Assembly: GCA_965216875.1 (NCBI GenBank)
Contig: OZ244207.1
Span: 2,976,001 to 3,040,000, forward strand
Direction of reading: 5' to 3'
DNA length: 64,000 nt
Source: Rubripirellula sp.
GTDB lineage: Bacteria; Planctomycetota; Planctomycetia; Pirellulales; Pirellulaceae
The translations under genes and the position numbers were made by a program. Positions 29,047-38,713 of the stretch are shown one piece after another (position 1 is the stretch's first letter; each line of letters opens with the position of its first letter). A model generated the notes under the pieces. That model did no database searches. It saw nothing but the letters and a program-made list of their open reading frames with translations, and was not told the origin of the DNA.

Positions 29047-29676
29047 CTACGCGTTCTCATCCTGGTCTTCTGCCAAACTCTCGGCGGCATCGGTCAAACC
29101 TCTTAGAAAATCACCGATGTCGTTGATGTGCAGCGTGTGACGAACGCTACCCGCTTCCGAGAGCACGACGAAAAACAGCCGATCGTCATACTCTTCATCT
29201 TTTACAATCGAAACCGTTGCCTCGCCGATGGATCCTATCTTGAGCTCCGTCGACTCTCCCTGCCCAATGTTGCTACGGACGAACTGCAACAATTCGGCGA
29301 TCACCTCAGGACCCTCGATTTGGAAATGCAGGTAAAGATTCGGGTGCTCAATGCTCAACTGCCATCCGTCCGAATCGCTCTCTGGTTCATCCAGCTCGAT
29401 CCAAACCACATTCACCTGCTGGCTGGTCAGTGCCGATTCAAAAAGATCTTCACTCCGTTTGCCCCATCCGCCACTCCAAATGCAATCGAGCACATCAGCG
29501 ATCTCATCGCTAAAGGGTTCATCCTGCTCCGCTCGGAAAAAGCAAAAGAGTCGATAGATTTCGTATTGCGGCAGCCCAACATCGCGAAGCGACTGAGCGA
29601 TTTCATAGAGCGCCGCGAACGGATCCGCCGCTTCTCGCGCAGCATCAATCCGTTCTTGCAAAGAGGGTTTGGGCAT
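29047..29676 (-). CDS. Acidic hypothetical protein
   Basis: About 209 aa ORF from MPKPSL; no recognised domain. Confidence 0.7.
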   Translation of the reverse strand: MPKPSLQERIDAAREAADPFAALYEIAQSLRDVGLPQYEIYRLFCFFRAEQDEPFSDEIADVLDCIWSGGWGKRSEDLFESALTSQQVNVVWIELDEPESDSDGWQLSIEHPNLYLHFQIEGPEVIAELLQFVRSNIGQGESTELKIGSIGEATVSIVKDEEYDDRLFFVVLSEAGSVRHTLHINDIGDFLRGLTDAAESLAEDQDENA

Positions 29677-29844
29677 GGGTGTGTCGCGAACAGTTGAAAA
29701 AGCGTCGGCGATCATGAAAAGGGAAGAGCACGGCATTCGAGACCGCGATCAACGTCCACAGGATACTCTACTGGTCGCCAACCGACGACAGGTGAACCGA
29801 AACCGCCGCGTCAGATTCAAACGAAACCATTCACCGCCCCACTC

Positions 29845-30060
29845 GTGAGCCGAACGCGCTAGCGTCGGGCCCTTGTCCCGTAGCTACGCTCGCCAGAGCG
29901 TGTTGCAGTGGGCAGCGGCATGCCATCACAACCACTTTCTGGCGAAGGTAGCTACGGTATCCTTGTGAGCCGTACGCGCCAGCGTCGGGCCCCTGTCCCG
30001 TAGCTACGCTCGCCTGAGCGTGGTGCAGTGGAGAGCGGTCTACCAGCAAAACCACTTTCC
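29845..30060. repeat. Two tandem C+E composite units (period 120 bp, second truncated)
   Basis: Units start at 29845 and 29965 and match the 28907 unit. Confidence 0.92.
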
Positions 30061-30107
30061 GATAGTCAACCATTTTTGTCCGACGCTAAACCGCTGAGAG
30101 ATCGTCC

Positions 30108-30923
30108 ATGCCATCGCTGATCTGCTCGTCACGATACACGGTCGACTCACAGATCCTGCGCAAGACGGCTCAAGACCTCGGCTGGGAGACGCTTCGACTC
30201 GACGGCAGCAGAATTCCCGATTGGTTCGACCCGCCTGATGACCAGATCGCGTTCTTCTACACCGCTCCACACGCTTTCGACATCGCATGGCAGCTGGGGC
30301 GCCAACTCACCGGCTGTCACCCCGATTGGACCTGCAATTTGCCGCCAGAGTTTCTGCTTCGAGAATTGCGGCAAACATCGCTGCGCGAAGCGCTCTCGAT
30401 AACCGAGCGCCAATTCGTAAAGCACGCAGTCAGCAAAGCGTTTCCTGCACAGGTCTATGATGGCGGTTCCTTGTCAGAGGCAACCACGACCATTCACCCC
30501 GATTCGCTCGTTCACGTTGGCGAGCCGGTCACTTGGACACACGAGTATCGTTGTTTCGTCGCAAATCAATCTGTGCAAACGGTCAGCCCATACGTCTACG
30601 GCAGCGGAATCGTCGCGGACTACGATTCCTTTCCAGTGGTCCCGCAATCGGAACTCGATCAAGTTCATGAATTCGCGCGACAAGTCCTCACACACCCAAA
30701 CGTTGAAACTCCTTCTGCATTCGTCATGGACGTCGGCCTTATCGCGGATCGCGGTTGGGCCGTGGTCGAGTGCAACGAGTGCTGGGCTTCAGGCATCTAT
30801 GCGTGTGACCCCGCCAGCGTGCTCGATACTTTGCTTTGTGGGTCCGCAGCGATGGGTACAATCGACGATCGTTGGGATTTTTCCAAACACTATTCGAATG
30901 CGTGTCCTGTGAAAGAGGACTAA
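30108..30923 (+). CDS. ATP-grasp protein (DUF4343/R2K-like)
   Basis: FVK...KAF, EYRCFV, FVMDVG...GWAVVECNECWASGIY. Confidence 0.8.
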   Translation: MPSLICSSRYTVDSQILRKTAQDLGWETLRLDGSRIPDWFDPPDDQIAFFYTAPHAFDIAWQLGRQLTGCHPDWTCNLPPEFLLRELRQTSLREALSITERQFVKHAVSKAFPAQVYDGGSLSEATTTIHPDSLVHVGEPVTWTHEYRCFVANQSVQTVSPYVYGSGIVADYDSFPVVPQSELDQVHEFARQVLTHPNVETPSAFVMDVGLIADRGWAVVECNECWASGIYACDPASVLDTLLCGSAAMGTIDDRWDFSKHYSNACPVKED

Positions 30924-30950
30924 CAACACATTGAGCCGAGCTTCGATATA

Positions 30951-31014
30951 GTCGCCTTTTGCTCCGCAAAAGCTGCGTTTTCGGACGCTACTTTCGCGGA
31001 GCGAAAGGCGACAT
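30951..31014. repeat. Inverted family F pair between convergent genes
   Basis: gtcgccttttgctccgcaaaag...ctttcgcggagcgaaaggcgac. Confidence 0.88.
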
Positions 31015-31065
31015 TTTCAGCATTCCCAGATTCTAGGAGTGCAGTTGAAAAGGGCACGCCAGAGA

Positions 31066-31659
31066 CTATTCGTCAAGCTGTTGGCGCAGGGTCTTCATGC
31101 CACGGTGCAGCAGACCTGCGATGGCCCCGGTTGTTTTGTCCAACCGCTCCGCAACCTCGCTGAGTTTCATCCCTTCGAGGTAATGTAAACGGACCGCCTC
31201 GCGTTGTGATTCGGGCAGACGTTCCACGGCATCGGCGAGTTTCAAAACGTTTTCACCAATCGCCACATTTTGACTCGGCGTTGGCCCTTCGCCGGCGAGC
31301 AAGCCTTCCAGACGCATCGAAGACTGGGCAAGCTTCTGTTCCATCGACTGTTCACGTCGAATGTCTCGTTTGTCGCGATGAAGGTCACGGTCGAGGTGAC
31401 AGAGATGTCGAGCCAGAATCTGTCGCAGCCATGCTCGAAACTCAGCTTCCGTGCCACCGCGAAACCCATCCAGTCCCTGGACGGCTTGCAGCATCGCTTG
31501 CTGGACCATGTCCGAGGCCCCAATCTTTGCTTGGTAGGCCTGCCGCATTTGCGTCCGAGCGAGCATTCGGAGGTAGGGCTCGTATTTGGCGACGATCGCC
31601 GGATCACTCACATCGATCGGCGGATTGTCGAGTGTCGAGTCGGTTGAATCGTCGGTCAT
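31066..31659 (-). CDS. ECF sigma-70 factor, planctomycete subfamily
   Basis: YEPYLRMLAR, ASDMVQ, FRAWLRQIL, KRDIRREQS, TPSQ, region 4 LPESQREAVRLHY. Confidence 0.92.
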   Translation of the reverse strand: MTDDSTDSTLDNPPIDVSDPAIVAKYEPYLRMLARTQMRQAYQAKIGASDMVQQAMLQAVQGLDGFRGGTEAEFRAWLRQILARHLCHLDRDLHRDKRDIRREQSMEQKLAQSSMRLEGLLAGEGPTPSQNVAIGENVLKLADAVERLPESQREAVRLHYLEGMKLSEVAERLDKTTGAIAGLLHRGMKTLRQQLDE

Positions 31660-31903
31660 CGTGTTTATTCCCCCTCCAACCTTGAACCCAAACAGCAAAC
31701 TGAGAAGCGAATCGTTCGTTTCCAGAGCCCCTTTGATCGTACGGTTTTCGCGGCTCGACGACAAATTGACTGCGTCACAGGGACGCAGCGAAGCGACATT
31801 TTTGCGGACTTTTGAGCTGTCATTGGTCAATCTGCGTCAATTCGTTACCCTTTTGACAGGATCCGGATACGAATGTCCGGCGGAGAGATTAGGGAGGACG
31901 TCC

Positions 31904-32923
31904 ATGGTTCGCGAAGCTGTCTATCAACAATCCGATCCGGAGACATCGGCTGCTTTGGTCACACCACCAGAACCTGATAATTCGCTACGCCCCAAAACCA
32001 TCGACGATATGGTTGGCCAGCGCGATGTGATCGAGCGTTTGAAAATCGCGATCGAGGCGGCGCAAAAACGCGAAGAAGCTCTCGGTCATATTCTGTTTGA
32101 TGGGCCACCCGGACTGGGCAAGACGACTTTTGCCACGGTGATCCCCGCGGAGATGGGCACGACGGTTCAAATGGCCAATGGTGCCGGACTCAAGGCCCCC
32201 AAAGACTTGGTCCCTTACCTGACCAACGTTTCACAGAACAGCGTGCTGTTCATTGACGAAATTCACCGCGTGCCCAAGTCGGTCGAAGAATACCTTTACA
32301 CAGCGATGGAAGATTTCCGAATCGACATCGTCCTTGGTGAAGGCGTCAGTGCGCGGACACTGAACCTTGATCTAAAACCTTTCACCCTCATCGGAGCGAC
32401 CACCCGCGCCGGGATGTTGACCGCACCGCTTCGCGACCGCTTCCAAATTCGAGAACACCTTGGCTGGTACACAAGCGACGAACTATGCGAAATCGTTCGG
32501 CGCAATGCGACCAAGTTAAGTCTCAACGTGGATGACGATTCCGCCAACGTGATCGCAGGGCGCAGTCGAAGCACGCCAAGGCTTGCAAACAATCGCTTAC
32601 TGTGGGTTCGAGATTACTCCCAGAGCAAGCATGACGGGCAGGTCAACGCGGACATCACGACCTCAGCCTTGGACATGATCGGAATCGACAAACTCGGTCT
32701 CGACAAACAAGACCGTGCCTACTTGGACACGCTGATTCGCGTTTTCGCTGGTGGTCCGGCTGGGCTCGAAGCGATCGCACACACCATGAATGTCAGCGGC
32801 GATACGCTCGAAGATGAAGTTGAGCCGTTCTTGTTGCGCAGCGAATTGATCGTTCGCACCCGTAGGGGACGGATGGCGACCAGCAAAGGCTTCCAACACC
32901 TTGGACTGCAGATGCCTGAGTAG
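31904..32923 (+). CDS. ruvB: Holliday junction branch-migration helicase RuvB
   Basis: LRP, GPPGLGKTT, FIDEIHR, GATTRAG, PLRDRF, EPFLL; GGAGG RBS. Confidence 0.97.
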   Translation: MVREAVYQQSDPETSAALVTPPEPDNSLRPKTIDDMVGQRDVIERLKIAIEAAQKREEALGHILFDGPPGLGKTTFATVIPAEMGTTVQMANGAGLKAPKDLVPYLTNVSQNSVLFIDEIHRVPKSVEEYLYTAMEDFRIDIVLGEGVSARTLNLDLKPFTLIGATTRAGMLTAPLRDRFQIREHLGWYTSDELCEIVRRNATKLSLNVDDDSANVIAGRSRSTPRLANNRLLWVRDYSQSKHDGQVNADITTSALDMIGIDKLGLDKQDRAYLDTLIRVFAGGPAGLEAIAHTMNVSGDTLEDEVEPFLLRSELIVRTRRGRMATSKGFQHLGLQMPE

Positions 32924-33135
32924 CTGTCATCAGACTCCGATTGATCGACACAACTAACAAATCCGGTATCGTTTTCCTTCTTTACCCCCATCAGAACGGT
33001 ACCGATCGGTCTAGCAGCATTGCTGCGGGGTAGGGTTTGGCGGAGTCTCTCCGAACTCGCCCCCCAACACCAATCCACCTGAGATGAGCGGCCGACCTGT
33101 CGAATGCGGCAGACGTTACCGGCCAACCAAGCACG

Positions 33136-36102
33136 ATGGGAATCCTCGACCGCATCTCCGCGCGCCAACGCATCACAATGGGCCTGGTTGGCCTCATGAT
33201 TGGCACGCTCTTGTTCGCTAGTGCGTTCGGCTTCTTCCCCAACGAGCAGAAAGAAATCTTGCGAGGGCGGGCGAGGTTCTGCGATGCGCTGACAATCACT
33301 GCGACCGCAATGTCCTCGGCCGGCAATCCGGGAACGCTCAAAGCGACCCTGGAAGCAGTCGCCAACCGGGACGACTCATCGGACAACGACGTCGTTTCGA
33401 TCGGTCTTCGTGATCTCAGGGGAAAGCTTGTTTACGCTTCGCCAGAACACGAAGCGAAGTGGAACCCTGACGAAACGGACACCATTCGCCAATCGCGATC
33501 GCCTGTGTTTCGAGGTGGCAAGCCCTGGGCCCAACTCGAAGTTCGATTCCGCGATACCGGCGGTCTTTTTGGGCTCAATTATTGGGCACCGGCATGGTTG
33601 CTTGTCGTCATGGTTCCGGTTTGCTTCATTCAATTCAGTTTCTATCTGCGCAAAACGCTCAAGCATCTCAATCCAACCGACCGTGTTCCTCAGCACGTCC
33701 AAGACGCACTCGACACATTGTCGGTCGGTTTGTTGTTGATGGATAACCACCATCGCATCCTGTTTGCGAACTCGCAATTCACTGAAGCGATTGATCGCCC
33801 TGGGCAAGACATGTTCGGCGAAGTTGCGAGCGACCTGCAGTGGCAAACCGCGAACGACGCGGACGTTCCCTGGGAAGTCACCGCCAAGACGGGCGAATCG
33901 ATCGAAGACCAAATCCTGCAACTGCAAGTCGGTGATCGCATCCGAACATTCAGCGTGAATTGTTCGAAAGTCGGCAAAGGAATCATGACAACCTTTGACG
34001 ACATTTCGCTGCTCGAGGAAGCTCGTGAAGCGGCGTTGCAGGCGAGCGAATCGAAAAGTGCTTTCCTGGCCAACATGAGCCACGAAATCCGCACACCGCT
34101 CAATGCAGTGCTCGGATTTACCGACGTTCTTCGCCGCGGTTTGGTCAGCGATTCCGATGAATCACTCGACCACCTGAATATGATCCACCGCAGCGGAAAG
34201 CACTTGCTTGAGCTGATCAATGACATCCTTGACCTGTCGAAAATCGAAGCAGGCAAGATGGAAGTCGAAGCGATCGACACCGATGTCAATCAGATTCTCT
34301 CCGACACCGCCGACGTGCTGAAGGTGAAGGCGGACGAAAACGGACTCGACTTGATCGTTGACTACCGCACGCCGCTACCTTGCGTAATGCAAAGTGACCC
34401 AACGCGATTGAAACAGATTGTCACCAACTTGGTCGGCAACGCAATCAAGTTCACTGAATCAGGTTCTGTAACGATCGCAGCCGAATTGCAAAGCCAAGAC
34501 GATCCAACGCTGCGAATCGAAATCATCGATACCGGGATCGGGATGACGCCCGACCAGCAAGCAAGGATCTTCGAATCCTTCTCACAAGCTGACGAAACGA
34601 CCACACGAAAATTTGGTGGCACCGGTCTCGGGCTGTCGATCAGTCGCCGCCTTTCCGAAGCTCTTGGCGGCAACTTGGTCGTGGAAAGCGAACATGGAAA
34701 GGGCAGCACATTCATTGTGACGCTGCCAGTCGACGAAGCCGCCTTAGAGAACCTGACAAGCGTCGACGAGCTTCGCCAAAAAGGCCGCCGCCGCTCACAA
34801 ACGGCCGACGGAATCATCCGACTACCCGCGAAACATGTTTTGGTCGTGGACGATGGCGAAGCGAACCGACGATTGATCGAGTTGGTCCTCGGTCGCGCCG
34901 GCGCGGTTGTCACCACCGCCGTGAACGGTCTCGACGCAATCAAGCAGCTCTCGGATAAAGACTTCGAACTCATCTTCATGGACATGCAGATGCCCGTTTT
35001 GGATGGCTACAGTGCCACCGAGCGGATTCGCAGCGTCGGATTGCAAACACCAATCGTCGCCCTGACCGGTAATGCAATGAAGGGCGATCGTGAAAAGTGC
35101 CTTGCCTCGGGTTGTACCGACTTCTTGTCCAAACCTGTAGACATCGACAAGCTACTCGCACTGTCCGCCGAGTTTTTGGGAGTTGCCGACCCTGAAGAAT
35201 CAGCCAGTGAGCCAGCGTCGACGCCGCAGGGAGAAGGTGTAGGGAACACGCACGATCCGCTGAGTGATGAAGGCGACAGCACACACGCACTTGGCGACGC
35301 AACGACGCGCGTTCCCAAGCCAGCAATGCCATCCCAGCCGCACACGTCCAACCAAGACCTGGCCACGTTCGGCGATGCAGAATTGCGATTCGACGGCGGC
35401 AAAAACGAAGCCGCCGACGACGGCCCAATCTTCTGCGAAATGCCGATGGACGATCCTGAATTGAAGGACATCGTCGTTGATTTCCTCGACCGCCTGGGAA
35501 CGCGTGTCGACGAAATCTCCACGGCCATCGAGGAAGCCGAATTCGAAACCGTGCGAAGTGAAGCGCATTGGCTCAAGGGAGCTGGTGGGACACTCGGGTT
35601 CCCCGCCTTTACCGAACCGTCGATCACACTCGAAGACGCAGCCAAGGATTCCGACGCTGACCTTGCGCAACAAATGCTCGACACCATCAACGACATTCGC
35701 GCGAGGATTCGTCTTGACGGTGATGAGGCGCCGACAGGCGCGGCGGCGATCGAAGTTTCTCCAGTGTCCGAGAATGATCAAACGGCCTCAACCGATCCGA
35801 TTCCCTGCGCCTTGCCGCTGGACGATCCTGAGTTCGCAGCAATCGCAGCCGACTTTGTGCAACGCCTCGACGTGCGACTTGAACAGATGCGTCAGCGATG
35901 CGTTGAAGGCGATTTCGTTGAACTTGCCCAAGACGCACATTGGCTCAAGGGCTCGGGCGGAACCGTTGGATACGCTGCGTTTTCCGAACCAGCCGCCGCG
36001 CTCGAGGCAGCCGCAAAACGCAATGACATGGCCGATTCGGAACGGCAACTCGATGCCGTATTCGCAGTTCGCCAGAGAATTGTCGTGCCGGAGTTGACCT
36101 AG
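33136..36102 (+). CDS. Membrane hybrid histidine kinase (PAS-like, HisKA, HATPase, REC, two Hpt)
   Basis: FLANMSHEIRTP, NAIKFT, GGTGLGL, FMDMQMP, HWLKGAGG and HWLKGSGG. Confidence 0.93.
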   Translation: MGILDRISARQRITMGLVGLMIGTLLFASAFGFFPNEQKEILRGRARFCDALTITATAMSSAGNPGTLKATLEAVANRDDSSDNDVVSIGLRDLRGKLVYASPEHEAKWNPDETDTIRQSRSPVFRGGKPWAQLEVRFRDTGGLFGLNYWAPAWLLVVMVPVCFIQFSFYLRKTLKHLNPTDRVPQHVQDALDTLSVGLLLMDNHHRILFANSQFTEAIDRPGQDMFGEVASDLQWQTANDADVPWEVTAKTGESIEDQILQLQVGDRIRTFSVNCSKVGKGIMTTFDDISLLEEAREAALQASESKSAFLANMSHEIRTPLNAVLGFTDVLRRGLVSDSDESLDHLNMIHRSGKHLLELINDILDLSKIEAGKMEVEAIDTDVNQILSDTADVLKVKADENGLDLIVDYRTPLPCVMQSDPTRLKQIVTNLVGNAIKFTESGSVTIAAELQSQDDPTLRIEIIDTGIGMTPDQQARIFESFSQADETTTRKFGGTGLGLSISRRLSEALGGNLVVESEHGKGSTFIVTLPVDEAALENLTSVDELRQKGRRRSQTADGIIRLPAKHVLVVDDGEANRRLIELVLGRAGAVVTTAVNGLDAIKQLSDKDFELIFMDMQMPVLDGYSATERIRSVGLQTPIVALTGNAMKGDREKCLASGCTDFLSKPVDIDKLLALSAEFLGVADPEESASEPASTPQGEGVGNTHDPLSDEGDSTHALGDATTRVPKPAMPSQPHTSNQDLATFGDAELRFDGGKNEAADDGPIFCEMPMDDPELKDIVVDFLDRLGTRVDEISTAIEEAEFETVRSEAHWLKGAGGTLGFPAFTEPSITLEDAAKDSDADLAQQMLDTINDIRARIRLDGDEAPTGAAAIEVSPVSENDQTASTDPIPCALPLDDPEFAAIAADFVQRLDVRLEQMRQRCVEGDFVELAQDAHWLKGSGGTVGYAAFSEPAAALEAAAKRNDMADSERQLDAVFAVRQRIVVPELT

Positions 36103-36249
36103 GCAAACGGAACAATCGGCAGAACCGCCACCCTCTCTACGGCTGGTAGGGTTTCCCCGAATTGCCGCAGTTCAAATCGACATTTCGTCGTTGTCCGCCA
36201 TCATTCCATGCCATGTTTTCACGTTGGGGCACAACATGCGCACGGGCCG

Positions 36250-37437
36250 ATGAACGATACTCCCTCCCTTACACAGCCGACGACCGCCGCTTCCAATGCG
36301 GTTGTTGCTGCGCGCGAAACGCCCGAGCGGCTACCCGGCAACATCATGATCGTCGATGACGAGCCGGCGAACATTGCGATCGTTCGCAAACTATTGGAAC
36401 GCTCCGGCTACTGCTCGTTCAAATCAACGACCGATTCAACGGAAGCGTTTAAGATGATCCTGGCCACCATGCCAGATCTGATCTTGCTCGACATCAACAT
36501 GCCGCAAGTCAGCGGCATCGACATCTTGCAGTTGATTCGCACCACTGCCCAAACCAAACATCTGCCGGTCCTGATTCTGACCGCCAATTCGGACAACGAC
36601 GTCAAGTTGACCTGTCTCGAACTCGGTGCAACCGACTTCCTGGTCAAACCAGTCGACCCGATGGAGTTGACGCCGCGTGTTCGCAACGCACTGCAAATCA
36701 AGTCCTTCCAAGACCGTTTGAAGCGTCATGCTCACGAACTCGAGAAGAAAGTTCAAGAGCGAACCAAAGAACTTGAACTGAGTCGTCGTCAGGCAATCTA
36801 CTGCCTCGCGCGTGCTGCAGAGATGCGTGACAACGACACCGGTCACCATGTCATTCGCGTCGGTCGCTTTTCAGGAATCATTGCCAGAAACATGGGCTTT
36901 TCCGACGCCTATGTTTCCGACATCGAACTCGCCGCGCAATTGCATGATGTCGGCAAGATCGCTGTGCCCGATGCGATCCTGCTAAAACCTGGCAAGTTGG
37001 AAGCCGACGAATTCGAAGTCGTCAAAAACCATGTCAAGCATGGACGCAATATCATCCAGCCCTATCTGGCCAACGACGCAACGGTGATGCAAAGTCACGT
37101 TGAACGCGGCGCCGAAATGCTCGCCGATGGAAGTAGCCTCATGAAAATGGCTGCGACCATCGCGCAAACGCACCATGAAAAGTTCGACGGAACCGGCTAC
37201 CCGATTGGCTTGGCCGGCGAAGACATTCCGATCGAAGGCCGGATCACAGCGGTCGCCGACGTTTACGATGCGCTTTCCTCAGAACGTTCCTACAAAAAGG
37301 CGTTGCCGCGACAGAAGTGCTTCGAGATTCTTGAAGAAGGGCGTGGTAAGCACTTTGACCCCAAGGTTCTTGACGCGTTCTTCAACGGCGCATCGGACAT
37401 TGTCAAGATTCAAGTCGAGTTCATGGACTGCGACTAG
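36250..37437 (+). CDS. REC + HD-GYP cyclic di-GMP phosphodiesterase (RpfG-like)
   Basis: IVDDE, LLDINMP, HDVGK, HHEKFDGTGYP, ADVYDAL; start uncertain. Confidence 0.92.
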   Translation: MNDTPSLTQPTTAASNAVVAARETPERLPGNIMIVDDEPANIAIVRKLLERSGYCSFKSTTDSTEAFKMILATMPDLILLDINMPQVSGIDILQLIRTTAQTKHLPVLILTANSDNDVKLTCLELGATDFLVKPVDPMELTPRVRNALQIKSFQDRLKRHAHELEKKVQERTKELELSRRQAIYCLARAAEMRDNDTGHHVIRVGRFSGIIARNMGFSDAYVSDIELAAQLHDVGKIAVPDAILLKPGKLEADEFEVVKNHVKHGRNIIQPYLANDATVMQSHVERGAEMLADGSSLMKMAATIAQTHHEKFDGTGYPIGLAGEDIPIEGRITAVADVYDALSSERSYKKALPRQKCFEILEEGRGKHFDPKVLDAFFNGASDIVKIQVEFMDCD

Positions 37438-37487
37438 CGCTGCGGATTGCAATCTTGGTGCCACCAGAGCAACTTCTTGCGCAGTTT

Positions 37488-37590
37488 GGGCAGTGCCCGT
37501 GAGCCGCTGGCCGTCAGGCCTCGTGCCCTTGCCGACACGCAGCGAGTGTGAAGGCGAGTTAAGGCCCGGCCGCTTACGCGATCGCGGCTC
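37488..37590. repeat. Inverted family C pair between convergent genes
   Basis: gtgagccgctggccgtcaggcc...ggcccggccgcttacgcgatcgcggctca. Confidence 0.8.
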
Positions 37591-37660
37591 AGTTGGGTGA
37601 ACTTGAGCAAGGATTTCTGCTGGTGGAAGCGCAATCGCAATCCGCAGCACCAGCGCGGTC

Positions 37661-38713
37661 CTAACAGATCCTCGGCAGCGGAGCACCTGCCGGATCATCG
37701 ATTGGCATTCGTACCCCCGAGACGGATTCGATCATCGCTCCGGTCTTTCCCGCACCGCCCACGCATCCAATCTCGACGGCGTCGGCCGAAACGTCATACC
37801 TCTTCATCACTTCAATCGCCTTGGCAACGGCGTCTGATTTGACGGCAAGGACGAAGGTTCCCTCATTGGCGACATGGATCGGATCGATACCAAGCAGCTC
37901 ACAGACACCACGCACACTCCCGTCGACTGGCAGCGTGTCCTGCCGAACCACCATCGCGTGACCACTGACTTCGCTCCATTCATGCAGCACTGCCGCGACA
38001 CCTCCACGCGTTGCGTCTCTCATGCTCACCAAGCCGTCGCCGACATCCGCAATGAGTGCGGCGGTCACTTCATGAAGTGGCGCTGAATCGGACGATGGTT
38101 GTGGCGAGAAGCCCATGCTTTCACGGGCCGACATCACCGCGATCCCGTGCCGCCCCAACGGGCCACTGACGATCAATGCATCGCCTTCCTCAAGCGACGA
38201 TGCTCCCGGTGGGCATCCTTGCAACAATTCTCCCACGCCTGTCGTATTGATGAATAACTTGTCAGCCGCACCACGGGGAACAACTTTTGTATCGCCGGCC
38301 ACCACTTTGACGCCGCACTCTTTGGCCGCCTTCCTGATTTGCGACAACACCCGCTTGAGTGTTTCCAGCGGCAAGCCTTCTTCGATGATCAGCGCCAACG
38401 TGATCCATCGGGGGACCGCACCGGCGACGGCAAGGTCGTTGACCGTCCCAAAGATGGCCAGCGAACCGATGTCGCCACCAGGAAAAAACAACGGATCGAC
38501 AACAAAACAATCTGTCGAGATAGCCCACAAACCACCGCCCGCTTCCACGATCGCAGCATCAGAAAACTGCGTTTCCTCGGGCGTCACCGCAGGTGCGATC
38601 CAGCGGTGAATCAACTGTCGCGTCAACCGCGCGCCTTCGCCGTGGGCAAGCGTAACGACCGATGCGTCACCGCTGCCATCGACTGGACAACTTGCGTCTT
38701 CCTTCCATGTCAT
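37661..38713 (-). CDS. hypE: Hydrogenase maturation protein HypE
   Basis: LAHGEG, FPGGDIG, GDTKVV, RDATRGG, ANEG, C-terminal PRIC. Confidence 0.96.
   Translation of the reverse strand: MTWKEDASCPVDGSGDASVVTLAHGEGARLTRQLIHRWIAPAVTPEETQFSDAAIVEAGGGLWAISTDCFVVDPLFFPGGDIGSLAIFGTVNDLAVAGAVPRWITLALIIEEGLPLETLKRVLSQIRKAAKECGVKVVAGDTKVVPRGAADKLFINTTGVGELLQGCPPGASSLEEGDALIVSGPLGRHGIAVMSARESMGFSPQPSSDSAPLHEVTAALIADVGDGLVSMRDATRGGVAAVLHEWSEVSGHAMVVRQDTLPVDGSVRGVCELLGIDPIHVANEGTFVLAVKSDAVAKAIEVMKRYDVSADAVEIGCVGGAGKTGAMIESVSGVRMPIDDPAGAPLPRIC

Noticed and set aside
29039..29844. Integron cassette or IS element
   Set aside because: No recognisable attC core sites, terminal inverted repeats, integrase or transposase
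28907..30060. Possible CRISPR array
   Set aside because: Units are about 120 bp, the inner segments resemble each other rather than being unique spacers, the same modules occur dispersed, and no cas genes are present
31904..32923. ruvB without adjacent ruvA/ruvC
   Set aside because: Split ruv genes are common; not informative from one window
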